Positions 45,968-53,903 of a stretch of DNA of 64,000 nt are shown piece after piece. Position 1 is the first letter of the stretch; each line of letters starts with the position of its first letter. A model generated the notes under the pieces. That model saw nothing but the letters and a program-made list of their open reading frames with translations. It searched no databases and was not told where the DNA came from. The stretch comes from an uncultured Microthrixaceae bacterium (GTDB lineage Bacteria > Actinomycetota > Acidimicrobiia > Acidimicrobiales > VFJN01): the NCBI GenBank assembly GCA_963727905.1, contig CAVSIC010000029.1, positions 2,953 to 66,952 on the forward strand, in the 5' to 3' direction. Both the position numbers and the translations under genes were made by a program.

Positions 45968-46465
45968 CTAGGCGCGGACGACGGAGTCGTCGGTCCCGAA
46001 CTCGTTCGGCACGTACTCGTCCGCCTCCCAGTCGTTCTCCCAGCGCTCGCCGTCGAGGAGGTAGCGGTACCGGTAGGACCGCCCCGGCTCGAGCCCGAGG
46101 GTGACGCTGAACCACTCCCCCTCCCGCCGCATCGGGTGCGCCGTGCGCGACCAGTCGTTGAGCTCCCCGACCAACCACACCCGCTCCGCTCCGACCGACG
46201 CGGGCAGCCGGAAGGTGTGCTCGACCGCCGTCGGCTCCGGCAGCACCGACTCGTCCGGGTCGTCGAGGTGATCAGAGGCGGCCAGCCAGACGATGGCGGC
46301 CAGCGCGAGCAGGAGGCCGGCGACCGGGAGCACGAGGATCGGATCGACGAGCCCCGCGGCGCCGACGATCGCCAGCGCCGCCGCCACCTGAACGCAGATG
46401 CGGGCGAACGATCGAGGGGACTCGAAGGCGCGCCGACGCCTCGATCGCTCATCCACCTCGATCAC
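45968..46465 (-). CDS. membrane-anchored CBM48 / AMPK-beta-like glycogen-binding (isoamylase N-terminal early-set) domain protein
   Basis: The hydrophobic part is ICVQVAAALAIVGAAGLVDPILVLPVAGLLLALAAIVWLAA. It is followed by VEHTFRLPASVGAERVWLVGELNDWSRTAHPMRREGEWFSVTLGLEPGRSYRYRYLLDGERWENDWEADEYVPNEFG. GTG 46465 overlaps the upstream stop (GTGA). Confidence 0.7.
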   Translation of the reverse strand: MIEVDERSRRRRAFESPRSFARICVQVAAALAIVGAAGLVDPILVLPVAGLLLALAAIVWLAASDHLDDPDESVLPEPTAVEHTFRLPASVGAERVWLVGELNDWSRTAHPMRREGEWFSVTLGLEPGRSYRYRYLLDGERWENDWEADEYVPNEFGTDDSVVRA

Positions 46466-47037
46466 GGCCACTCGCCCAAGACCGAGGCCACGGACGACAG
46501 CGAGCGGCGCGCCTCGTCGGCCAGCACGTCGCAACCCGTCGAGGCAGGGACCGCGACCCCGTCTACCGATCCGGCGCATCCCTCCGACACGAACCTCCCG
46601 AGGGCACCGGCGGCGGCCCCCGCCGCGCTCCGGGTCCCGGTCACGCGCTTCGTCACCCACTCGTCCGGCCGACCGAGGTAGCCGGAGGCGGACGGGTTCG
46701 TCGCATCAGCGATGAGGTCGACGAGCAAGGCCAGGCGGATCCGGGTCGTGTCGAGGTCGAGGAGGTCGTCGGTCGAGCAGCGCGGCCCGGCATCGAGGCA
46801 GCGCTCTGTCGCCGGAGCCAGCTCGGACACGTCGAGGTCGCGCAACAGCCAGCCGAACGCCCGGTTCGCGATCGTGGACGCCGGGTCGCCAGCGTGGGTG
46901 GCGGCGTCCGCCGACGCGGCACCCACCTCAGGAGGGGCCGCTGACCCGAGCCCGGCCAGACGCAAGGCCACGACCACGGCGAGGAACGCCGCCCAGCCCG
47001 ACACCCGTCGGCTCCGCACCAGTCCGCCGGGGTGCAC
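46462..47037 (-). CDS. secreted/exported hypothetical protein with four Cys
   Basis: The signal-like N-terminus is VHPGGLVRSRRVSGWAAFLAVVVALRLAGLGSA. Later pieces are FGWLLRDLDVSELAPATERCLDAGPRCSTDDLLDLDTTRIRLALLVDLIAD...FVSEGCAGSVDGVAVPASTGCDVLADE. I recognise no family. The start is chosen at the GTG 12 nt after the upstream stop. Confidence 0.45.
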   Translation of the reverse strand: MHPGGLVRSRRVSGWAAFLAVVVALRLAGLGSAAPPEVGAASADAATHAGDPASTIANRAFGWLLRDLDVSELAPATERCLDAGPRCSTDDLLDLDTTRIRLALLVDLIADATNPSASGYLGRPDEWVTKRVTGTRSAAGAAAGALGRFVSEGCAGSVDGVAVPASTGCDVLADEARRSLSSVASVLGEWP

Positions 47038-47048
47038 GGATGGGCCCG

Positions 47049-47285
47049 TCAGGCGGCGAGCTCGAGCGGCGGGCGCTCCGAGCGCGGCTCGACGGATCGA
47101 GCGAGGCCATCCGGCGACCACGGGCCCAGGTCCTGCGCCTCGAGGGCGACGGCGGCCAGGACGCTGGCCGCCATGAGGGTCAGCGCGCCGCCCACCACGG
47201 ACCACTCGGCGGTCAGACCCGTGGCGCCAGCGAGGAAGAGGACCCCGCCCGACGCCAGCAGGCCGAACGTGAAGCGCCTGAGCAC
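47049..47285 (-). CDS. small two-TM hypothetical membrane protein (78 aa)
   Basis: VLRRFTFGLLASGGVLFLAGATGLTAEWSVVGGALTLMAASVLAAVALEAQDL... starts at a GTG 6 nt after the upstream stop. It is tightly packed in a four-gene string. Confidence 0.4.
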   Translation of the reverse strand: MLRRFTFGLLASGGVLFLAGATGLTAEWSVVGGALTLMAASVLAAVALEAQDLGPWSPDGLARSVEPRSERPPLELAA

Positions 47286-47290
47286 GGAGG

Positions 47291-47524
47291 TCAGAGCTCT
47301 TCGCGGGTGACCGCGGTGACCCGCTGGCCCGTGTCGTCCGAGACGACGGTGCGGCGAGACCTCGGGCCCCAGATGACGGCGGTCATCAGCAGGCCGATCA
47401 GGCCGACGACCATGAGGATGACGCCCGCGTTGTTGATGTTGAAGCCGTCGCTGCTGTCGACCTCGACCGCGAAGGTCATCAGGGCGCCCGCGGCGATGAG
47501 GAAGACGCTGATGCCGATACCCAT
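47291..47524 (-). CDS. small two-TM membrane protein (resembles the DUF6458-type family, from memory)
   Basis: The sequence is MGIGISVFLIAAGALMTFAVEVDSSDGFNINNAGVILMVVGLIGLLMTAVIWGPRSRRTVVSDDTGQRVTAVTREEL. Confidence 0.6.
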   Translation of the reverse strand: MGIGISVFLIAAGALMTFAVEVDSSDGFNINNAGVILMVVGLIGLLMTAVIWGPRSRRTVVSDDTGQRVTAVTREEL

Positions 47525-47647
47525 GGTGCACGCTCCAGGGAGATGAGTTGGGATGTTGCCAACCCCTCTACCCAGGCATCGGGAATCGACACCTCCCGTG
47601 CACCTTCCGCTCAGGCGCCGGAGGCACCGCTCGGGCAAGATGCCCCG

Positions 47648-48119
47648 GTGACCGAGCCCCGCATCCTCGAGGCGCAGTGCGAGTGGTCGGCCGTCGACGT
47701 GGCCGACGAAGACCTCTGGACGGAGCACTTCACCGATGCCGAGCTGACCGAGCTCGACACATCGCTGCGCCACGCGCGGCAGCGGTCCGACGACGTCCTC
47801 GCAGCGACACCCCGACGCGCCCCGGCTCACCGAGCTGCAGGTCGAGGCGCTGCAGTCCGTCGTGGCGATGGCGGACGACCCCGCGAACCACGTGCTGATG
47901 GAGCTGCGCCCCGGCGACATCCAGCTGATCAACAACTACCACGTGATGCACGGGCGGACGGCCTACGAGGACGACCGCGAGGGCGGCCGCATCCGCCACC
48001 TCAAGCGCCTCTGGCTCGAGACCACCGTGCTCACCACCCGACCGCCGTACTTCGCCAACCACCGGAGCCACTGGGAGACCAAGCGGTCCGCCAGCCGGCT
48101 CGAGGTCGGTGACCCGTAG
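47648..48119 (+). pseudogene. TauD/TfdA-family Fe(II)/2-oxoglutarate dioxygenase remnant with a large internal deletion (junction ~47800-47815) and a frame change
   Basis: The N-terminal ~55 residues are VTEPRILEAQCEWSAVDVADEDLWTEHFTDAELTELDTSLRHARQRSDDVL. They are joined directly to the C-terminal ~105 residues APRLTELQVEALQSVVAMADDPANHVLMELRPGDIQLINNYHVMHGRTAYEDDREGGRIRHLKRLWLE. The middle part, which would hold the HxD iron ligands, is absent. Confidence 0.65.
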
Positions 48120-48164
48120 GACGACGAAGCCATCCCGCGTGGCGAGCGGGTCCGAACACGGTGC

Positions 48165-48521
48165 ATGGGTCGACTTCGCCACCTCGTCGCCCTCGCCGCC
48201 GTCGTGTTGCTGGGATCCTCCGTCGTCGGGCTCGTCACTCGGGACGATCCCGCCCCCTCGGGCCCGGCGACCCCAGGTGAGGTGGAGATCGCAGGGTTCG
48301 CGTTCGGCCCCGAGGTGGCACAGGTCGCCGTCGGCTCGACACTGACCTGGACCAACTCCGACAGCACCGCGCACACGGTCGACTCGAACGGCGGGATCCT
48401 CGACTCGGAGAGCATCGGTCCCGACGCGGCGTTCGAGCACACCTTCGACGAGCCCGGCTCCTACACCTACTTCTGCGCGTTCCACCCGTTCATGCAGGGC
48501 ACCGTGGAGGTGTCGGCGTGA
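48165..48521 (+). CDS. exported type-1 copper (cupredoxin, plastocyanin/amicyanin-like) protein
   Basis: The signal/anchor is MGRLRHLVALAAVVLLGSSVVGLV. The copper ligands are in TWTNSDSTAHTV (His) and SYTYFCAFHPFMQG (Cys, His, Met). Confidence 0.88.
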   Translation: MGRLRHLVALAAVVLLGSSVVGLVTRDDPAPSGPATPGEVEIAGFAFGPEVAQVAVGSTLTWTNSDSTAHTVDSNGGILDSESIGPDAAFEHTFDEPGSYTYFCAFHPFMQGTVEVSA

Positions 48522-48925
48522 ACGTCCGGATCGCCGCCTCCGCGGCCCTGTTGATCGGTGGTGCCCTCCACGCCCGTCTGGCCTTCGACGGCTACGGCAC
48601 CACCGACCTGATCACCCTGTTCTTCCTGAACGCGGTGGGCTCTGCACTCGTCGCGGCGTGGATCGCCTACGACCGGACGCCGTTCTCGCTGATGGCCGGC
48701 GTCGGAGTGTCGGCCGTGTCCCTCCTGGCCTTCGGGCTCAGCCGCGCCGGCGACGGCGTCGTCGGATTCCGCGGGGTGGGCCTGGAGCCGAGTCCCGACG
48801 TGCTCCTCACGCTCGTAGCCGAGGGCCTCGCCGTGCTGCTCCTCGCCTTCGCGGTGCTGCGCGAGCGACACGAGCTCGTCGCGGTCGTCCAACAGCTCCG
48901 CCGCTCCGAACACCCCGCACGATGA
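48518..48925 (+). CDS. 4-TM hypothetical membrane protein translationally coupled to the cupredoxin gene
   Basis: The GTG overlaps the cupredoxin stop (GTGA). The sequence reads MNVRIAASAALLIGGALHARLAFDGYGTTDLITLFFLNAVGSALVAAWIAY...GVGVSAVSLLAFGL...LLTLVAEGLAVLLLAFAVL. Confidence 0.6.
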   Translation: MNVRIAASAALLIGGALHARLAFDGYGTTDLITLFFLNAVGSALVAAWIAYDRTPFSLMAGVGVSAVSLLAFGLSRAGDGVVGFRGVGLEPSPDVLLTLVAEGLAVLLLAFAVLRERHELVAVVQQLRRSEHPAR

Positions 48926-49755
48926 CCACCCGCACCGACGTCCGAGCCCTCCGCACCCGCAACGAGGAGCGGTGCCGGCGCCTCCTCGCCAGGTCCGAGC
49001 TGCTCGACACGAACGGCCTCGACTGGAGCCAGGCCGGGGCCGTCGAGCTCGATCCCGGTGTCGTCGACACGCTCGTGTACATGCGCGACGTCGAGGGCTT
49101 CACCGACAGCTACGTCGTCGGCATCGGTGCCCACCGCACGACGCTCGGCGACCCGATCATCTCGGCGTTCCTCGAGGTGTGGCAGGCCGAGGAGGCTGAG
49201 CACTCGGCGGCCATCGGCCGGTTCCTGGAGCACTACGGGGAGCAGCGAGGCGTCGAGATCCCGGCCGTACCGCCCTCGCCCACCCCGGTGGTGCCGCGCC
49301 ACGAGCGGGTGCTGATGCGCATCGGCGGCACGGTCGGACGGCTCGTCGCGGCCGCCCACATGACCTGGGGCGCGGCCAACGAGCTGCTCACGATGAACGG
49401 CTACAGGATGCTCGCGGATCAGGTCGACCACCCGATGCTGGCCGACCTCCTCCGCCGGATCGCCGCCCAGGAGTCCCGCCACTACAGCTTCTACCTGCTC
49501 CAGGCGGAGTGGCGGCTGGCCGACAGCCGTCTGGCCCGCACCGTGATCCCCCGGATCATGGACGGCGGCTGGACACCGGTCGGGGTGGGCGACGGCTACA
49601 AGACGTCCGAGGAGTTCCAGCGCGTGCTCGCCGTGCTGAACGCCCGCCCGGAGAGCGAGCGGATCATCGATCGCATGGACCGCCGCTTCGCCCGGCTGCC
49701 CGGCCTCGAGCGGCTCCGCATCTACCGGACCGCCGCCACGCCCGCGACCTCGTAG
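48922..49755 (+). CDS. ferritin-like di-iron carboxylate protein (acyl-ACP-desaturase/R2-like four-helix bundle)
   Basis: The ATG overlaps the upstream stop (ATGA). The iron ligands are YMRDVEGFT (E), VWQAEEAEHS (ExxH), GAANELLT (E) and IAAQESRHYSFY (ExxH). Confidence 0.7.
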   Translation: MTTRTDVRALRTRNEERCRRLLARSELLDTNGLDWSQAGAVELDPGVVDTLVYMRDVEGFTDSYVVGIGAHRTTLGDPIISAFLEVWQAEEAEHSAAIGRFLEHYGEQRGVEIPAVPPSPTPVVPRHERVLMRIGGTVGRLVAAAHMTWGAANELLTMNGYRMLADQVDHPMLADLLRRIAAQESRHYSFYLLQAEWRLADSRLARTVIPRIMDGGWTPVGVGDGYKTSEEFQRVLAVLNARPESERIIDRMDRRFARLPGLERLRIYRTAATPATS

Positions 49756-49795
49756 ACAGCCGGCCCCGGTCGGTCGCGGGGTCTACCGTGCCGCC

Positions 49796-51493
49796 ATGGC
49801 CGATGACGACGTCGACGTGGTGGTCATCGGCAGCGGGTTCGGCGGCAGCACCACCGCGCTGCGCGTCACCGAGAAGGGCTACCGGGTCGCGGTGCTCGAG
49901 GCGGGCAAGCGGTACGACGAGTCGACGCTCCCGGCCACCTCCTGGCGCCTGCGCTCCTTCCTGTGGGCGCCGAAGCTGGGGTGCTACGGCATCCAGCGGA
50001 TCTCGCTCATCAAGGACGTGATGGTGCTGGCGGGTGCCGGCGTTGGCGGCGGCTCCCTCAACTACGCCAACACGCTCTACGAGCCGCTGCCGCCGTTCTA
50101 CGCCGACCCGCAGTGGGCCGGCATCACCGACTGGCGCGACGAGCTGGCCCCGTTCTACGACCAGGCGAAGCGCATGCTCGGCGTGGTCCCGAACCCGACG
50201 ATCACGCCGGCCGACGAGGTCATGCGGGCCGTGGCCGAGGAGATGGGCGTGGGCGACACCTTCCGCCCGACGCCCGTGGGCGTGTTCTTCGGCGACCGCC
50301 CAGGTGAGCGGGTGCCCGACCCGTTCTTCGGCGGAGCGGGCCCCGACCGCCGTGGGTGCATCGAGTGCGGCGAGTGCATGACCGGCTGCCGCCACGGAGC
50401 GAAGAACACCCTCCTGCAGAACTACCTCTACCTGGCCGAGCAGGCCGGCGCGGAGGTGCACCCGCTCACCACGGTCACGTGCGTGCGACCGCTCCCGGGC
50501 GGTCGCTGGGCCGTGGACACCGAGCGCACCGGCGCGTGGGTCCGCAAGCGCCACCGCACGTTCACGGCCGACCAGGTCGTGGTCGCCGCGGGGACGATGG
50601 GGACGCAGCGGCTCCTGCACCGGATGCGCGACGAGGGCCACCTGCCGAACCTCTCCGAGCGGCTCGGCGAGCTCACCCGCACGAACTCCGAGGCCATCCT
50701 CGGCGCTCGGGCCTTCCGCAAGGACGTCGACTTCACGCGCGGCGTCGCCATCACCTCGTCGTTCCACCCGGACGAGCACACCCACATCGAGCCCGTGCGC
50801 TACGGCCGCGGCAGCAACGCGATGGGCCTGCTCACCACCGCACTCGCCGACGGCGGCACCCGGTCGCGACCGCTCACCTGGCTCGGCGAGGTGGCCCGCC
50901 ACCCCGTGATGCTGCTGCGCAACCTCAGCATGCGGCGGTGGTCGGAGCAGATCATCATCGCCCTGGTGATGCAGACCCGGGACAACTCCATCACCTGCTA
51001 CACGAAGCGCGGTCTCCTCGGCCGTCGCAAGCTCACCTCCAAGCAAGGCCACGGCGAGCCCAACCCCACCTGGATCCCGGTGGGCCACGACGCGGTGCGC
51101 CGAATCGCCACGCGCATCAAGGGCTTCGCCGGCGGTGGCTGGAACGACGTGTTCAACGTCCCGATGACCGCCCACTTCCTCGGCGGTGCGCCCATCGGCG
51201 ACTCCCCCACCTCCGGCGTGATCGACGCGTACCACCGCGCCTACGGCCACCCCGGTCTCCACGTCGTCGACGGTGCCGCGGTCTCGGCCAACCTCGGGGT
51301 CAACCCGTCGCTCACGATCACCGCGCAGGCCGAGCGAGCGATGTCCATGTGGCCCAACCGCGGCGACGCCGACGCCCGCCCGCCTCTCGGCGAGGCGTAC
51401 GCGCGCGTGGCTGCGATCGCCCCCACGAGGCCGGCGGTCCCCGCCGGCGCGAGCGGGGAGCTCCGGGTCACGCTCCGCCGACCGATGGGCTAG
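49796..51493 (+). CDS. GMC-family FAD oxidoreductase, ChoD (cholesterol-oxidase-like) type
   Basis: This is a 565-aa ORF. DVDVVVIGSGFGGSTTALRVTEKGYRVAVLEAGKRY...FLWAPKLGCYGIQRISLIKDVMVLAGAGVGGGSLNYANTLYEP...ECGECMTGCRHGAKNTL closely resembles mycobacterial ChoD as I remember it. Confidence 0.88.
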   Translation: MADDDVDVVVIGSGFGGSTTALRVTEKGYRVAVLEAGKRYDESTLPATSWRLRSFLWAPKLGCYGIQRISLIKDVMVLAGAGVGGGSLNYANTLYEPLPPFYADPQWAGITDWRDELAPFYDQAKRMLGVVPNPTITPADEVMRAVAEEMGVGDTFRPTPVGVFFGDRPGERVPDPFFGGAGPDRRGCIECGECMTGCRHGAKNTLLQNYLYLAEQAGAEVHPLTTVTCVRPLPGGRWAVDTERTGAWVRKRHRTFTADQVVVAAGTMGTQRLLHRMRDEGHLPNLSERLGELTRTNSEAILGARAFRKDVDFTRGVAITSSFHPDEHTHIEPVRYGRGSNAMGLLTTALADGGTRSRPLTWLGEVARHPVMLLRNLSMRRWSEQIIIALVMQTRDNSITCYTKRGLLGRRKLTSKQGHGEPNPTWIPVGHDAVRRIATRIKGFAGGGWNDVFNVPMTAHFLGGAPIGDSPTSGVIDAYHRAYGHPGLHVVDGAAVSANLGVNPSLTITAQAERAMSMWPNRGDADARPPLGEAYARVAAIAPTRPAVPAGASGELRVTLRRPMG

Positions 51494-51526
51494 ACCTCGA
51501 GCCGGCGGCTGACCGAGGGGGACCTG

Positions 51527-51865
51527 ATGGACGTGGACACCCTGATGACCAAGGCGATGGAGCACGTGCACGCCGGCCGGTCGTACGGGCCCGTGATCGA
51601 GCGCGACGACTGCGTCGTGGTCCCCGCCGCGTACGTGATGAGCGCGGGCGGTGGCGGCGGGGGCGAGGGGCCCGATGCCAGCGGCGGCACGGGGTCGGGC
51701 GCCGGGGCCGGCCACTGGAGCGTGAGCTGGCCGGTCGGCGCCTATGTCCTGCGCGACGGCAAGGCCACCTGGGTGCCGGCCGTCGACGCCACCCGCGTCG
51801 TGATCGCGGTGCTCGCCCTCACCAAGCTCGCCCTCAAGCTCCGCTCGGTGCGCCGGAGCGAGTAG
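51527..51865 (+). CDS. GerW/YtfJ-family protein
   Basis: The sequence reads MDVDTLMTKAMEHVHAGRSYGPVIERDDCVVVPAAYVMSAGGGGGGEG...WPVGAYVLRDGKATWVPAVDATRVVIAVLALTKLAL. Confidence 0.7.
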   Translation: MDVDTLMTKAMEHVHAGRSYGPVIERDDCVVVPAAYVMSAGGGGGGEGPDASGGTGSGAGAGHWSVSWPVGAYVLRDGKATWVPAVDATRVVIAVLALTKLALKLRSVRRSE

Positions 51866-52589
51866 GCCGCCAGGAGGAGGCGTCGCCCGGCGTCGCGGTG
51901 AAGTCGTAGCGCGTCCGACCGTCGGCGGCGAGGGCCACCAGTGCCCCGCTCGTGGTGCCGTAGGCGCGGCCCTCGATCTCCTTCGCGACGACCAGCGCGC
52001 GGGGGTCATCGCCGGGGAGGCGCTCGCCGGTGAGGAGCTCCGGCCACCCGCCCCACGAGCCGTGGTCCAGGTCGGGCGCGTCCAGTGCGGCGAGCGTCGG
52101 CGCGAAGTGCGGGACCAGCGGGTCGTCCGCCGCGTCGAGGCCCGCGTTCACGACGATGTGCGCGCCCGAGGTGAGGACCCGGTGCTGCAAGTGCTCGCCG
52201 TCCCAGGTCCAGAGGTCGGCACCCGCGACCGTGGCCACGAGCAGGTGGAACCGGGCGTAGCGGGCCAGCTCCTCGCCATGGGGCAGCGGATCGCCGGCAA
52301 GGGCCTGCAGCGCCAGCGAACCCCGCGTCGGCCGCGCCCCGCCGTCGGCCAACGGCTCCATCGGCGGGCCGTTCAGCAGCGCGGCGACGGCCGGGCGCGC
52401 AGCCGACGGATCGACGGCCAGCCAGGTGCCACCGGCGGTCTGGTCGCGCCCCCCGACGAAGGTCGCCCACGGCCCCGTCCAGTGACGGGCCGGTGGATCC
52501 CACGAGCGGGCCACGAACTCGTCACGGATGGCGCCGAGCAGGAGCGGCCACGGCGCGCCCGGTTCGATCCGGACCAGGACGGTGCACAC
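51834..52589 (-). CDS. NRDE (TANGO2/DUF833) family protein
   Basis: The sequence reads VCTVLVRIEPGAPWPLLLGAIRDEFVARSWDPPARHW...GGRDQTAGGTWLAV...FHLLVATVAGADLWTWDGE...GAHIVVNAGLD...YGTTSGALVAL. The start is GTG-TGC at 52589, matching the family's conserved N-terminal Cys. Confidence 0.75.
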   Translation of the reverse strand: MCTVLVRIEPGAPWPLLLGAIRDEFVARSWDPPARHWTGPWATFVGGRDQTAGGTWLAVDPSAARPAVAALLNGPPMEPLADGGARPTRGSLALQALAGDPLPHGEELARYARFHLLVATVAGADLWTWDGEHLQHRVLTSGAHIVVNAGLDAADDPLVPHFAPTLAALDAPDLDHGSWGGWPELLTGERLPGDDPRALVVAKEIEGRAYGTTSGALVALAADGRTRYDFTATPGDASSWRPTRSGAPSGA

Positions 52590-52644
52590 CGCGAGGAGCG
52601 TACGGCCAAGTCCCTGCCGGCCCTGCAGGGGCTCACCCCACGCG

Positions 52645-52692
52645 TTCTGGCCCGGGATGCACGACCCAGAGGTCGTGTGTTCCGGGCCAGAA
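52645..52692 (-). terminator. compound hairpin (11-bp outer stem, 7-bp inner stem, tetraloop) after the small lipoprotein gene
   Basis: TTCTGGCCCGG gatg CACGACC caga GGTCGTG tgtt CCGGGCCAGAA begins 10 nt beyond the stop at 52702. Confidence 0.5.
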
Positions 52693-52701
52693 GCAGTGGG
52701 G

Positions 52702-52908
52702 TCAGGGGTGGACGACCTTGCCGTCCTCGTCGAGGCAGTCGACGGTGGGGGCGGTGCCGTCGGTCGGGCAGCTGGACAGCAGGTGCGACGTCGTCGCCGG
52801 CCCACCGGAGGTGTCCTGCGGGGTGATGCCCGGGTCCTGGTCGGACCCGCACGCGGCCACGGCACCCGCGAGCGCCAGTGCGACCACTGCGGCGCGGAAC
52901 GCCCTCAT
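52702..52908 (-). CDS. small lipoprotein (68 aa), uncharacterised
   Basis: MRAFRAAVVALALAGAVAACGSDQDP has a lipobox. The mature part has two further Cys. The start overlaps the esterase stop. Confidence 0.5.
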   Translation of the reverse strand: MRAFRAAVVALALAGAVAACGSDQDPGITPQDTSGGPATTSHLLSSCPTDGTAPTVDCLDEDGKVVHP

Positions 52909-53837
52909 GCCAGCTCCCCTCGGAGTGCGGTGGCGGCCCGGTCCACTGCGGCCCGCCCGTCGTCCACCATCGTGGCCATCGCGAAGAAGCCGTGGATCTG
53001 GCCGTCGTACCGGACCGCCTCGACCTCCACGCCGGCGTCACCGAGCCGGGCCGCGTAGGCCTCGCCCTCGTCGCGCAGCGGGTCGTACTCCGCGGTGATC
53101 ACCAGGGCCTTCGGCAGGTCGTCGAGCGAGTCGACGTGGAACGGCGACACCCGCGGGTCCTTCGGGTCCAGATCGTCGCCCAGGTGGTGCTCGATGAACC
53201 ACCCCATGAGGTCCCGCGTGAGCATGTAGCCCTCGGCGTTCTCCTCGTAGGAGCCATGCGAGCGGGTGAGGTCGGTGACCGGGTAGACGAGCAGCTGGAA
53301 GCAGATGGCGGGGCCGCCCGCGTCGCGGGCCCGCAGCGTCAGGAGCGCGGAGAGGTTGCCACCGGCCGAGTCGCCCCCGACCGCGATGCGCCCAGGGTCG
53401 ACGCCCAGCTCGTCGGCGTGGTCGGCCACCCATCCGAGGACCGCCCAGCAGTCGTCGAGCGCGACCGGCGCCCGGTGCTCGGGCGACAGGCGATAGTCGA
53501 CAGACACGACCACGCAACCGGAGCCCTGGGCCAGGAGCCGGGCCGTCGGGTCGGCCGTGTCGATGTCGCCGATCACCCAGCCCCCGCCGTGGATCCAGAC
53601 GAGCACCCCGCGGCCGGCGGCCGCCGCCTCGGCAGGCGTGTAGATCCGCACGGGCACGTCGCCGTGCGGCCCCGGCACCGTTCGGTCCTCCACGCCATCG
53701 ACGTCGACCCGCGCTTCGATCGACGCCATCGCCCGGTACATCTCACGAGCGGCCTCGGGGGGCAGCGCCGTCATGGGCGGCGCCTCGGCTGCGGCCATGG
53801 CGTCGAGGAGCCCCTTCACCTGCGGGTTGAGTGGCAC
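52905..53837 (-). CDS. alpha/beta hydrolase, hormone-sensitive-lipase (family IV) type esterase
   Basis: VLVWIHGGGWVIGD is the HGGG oxyanion motif and IAVGGDSAGGNLSA is the GDSAG nucleophile elbow. Also present are ITAEYDPLRDEG and QIHGFF. GTG 53837 is preceded by GAGGGAGGG. ATG 53879 is an alternative start. Confidence 0.88.
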   Translation of the reverse strand: MPLNPQVKGLLDAMAAAEAPPMTALPPEAAREMYRAMASIEARVDVDGVEDRTVPGPHGDVPVRIYTPAEAAAAGRGVLVWIHGGGWVIGDIDTADPTARLLAQGSGCVVVSVDYRLSPEHRAPVALDDCWAVLGWVADHADELGVDPGRIAVGGDSAGGNLSALLTLRARDAGGPAICFQLLVYPVTDLTRSHGSYEENAEGYMLTRDLMGWFIEHHLGDDLDPKDPRVSPFHVDSLDDLPKALVITAEYDPLRDEGEAYAARLGDAGVEVEAVRYDGQIHGFFAMATMVDDGRAAVDRAATALRGELA

Positions 53838-53903
53838 GTTCCCTCCCTCACGCCGTCCCCTCGGTCGGCGGGCGGCCATCCTCGCGCACGCTCACAGGGC
53901 CCT

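Noticed and set aside
42539-46681. 1380-aa plus-strand ORF
   Set aside because: It is antisense to the intact 1103-aa cyclase-STAND gene and the CBM48 gene. It has no recognisable motifs and an extreme R/G/P/D/E composition, so it is a shadow ORF.
49664-52009. 781-aa minus-strand ORF. Similar long ORFs occur at 60333-62195, 36233-37813, 24021-25415 and 10382-11983.
   Set aside because: All lie opposite genes with clear family signatures (ChoD, MFS, NmrA-like, XDH-like, ArsA). All show the same low-complexity composition. Some contain short genuine segments only because real genes on that strand are frame-shifted into them.
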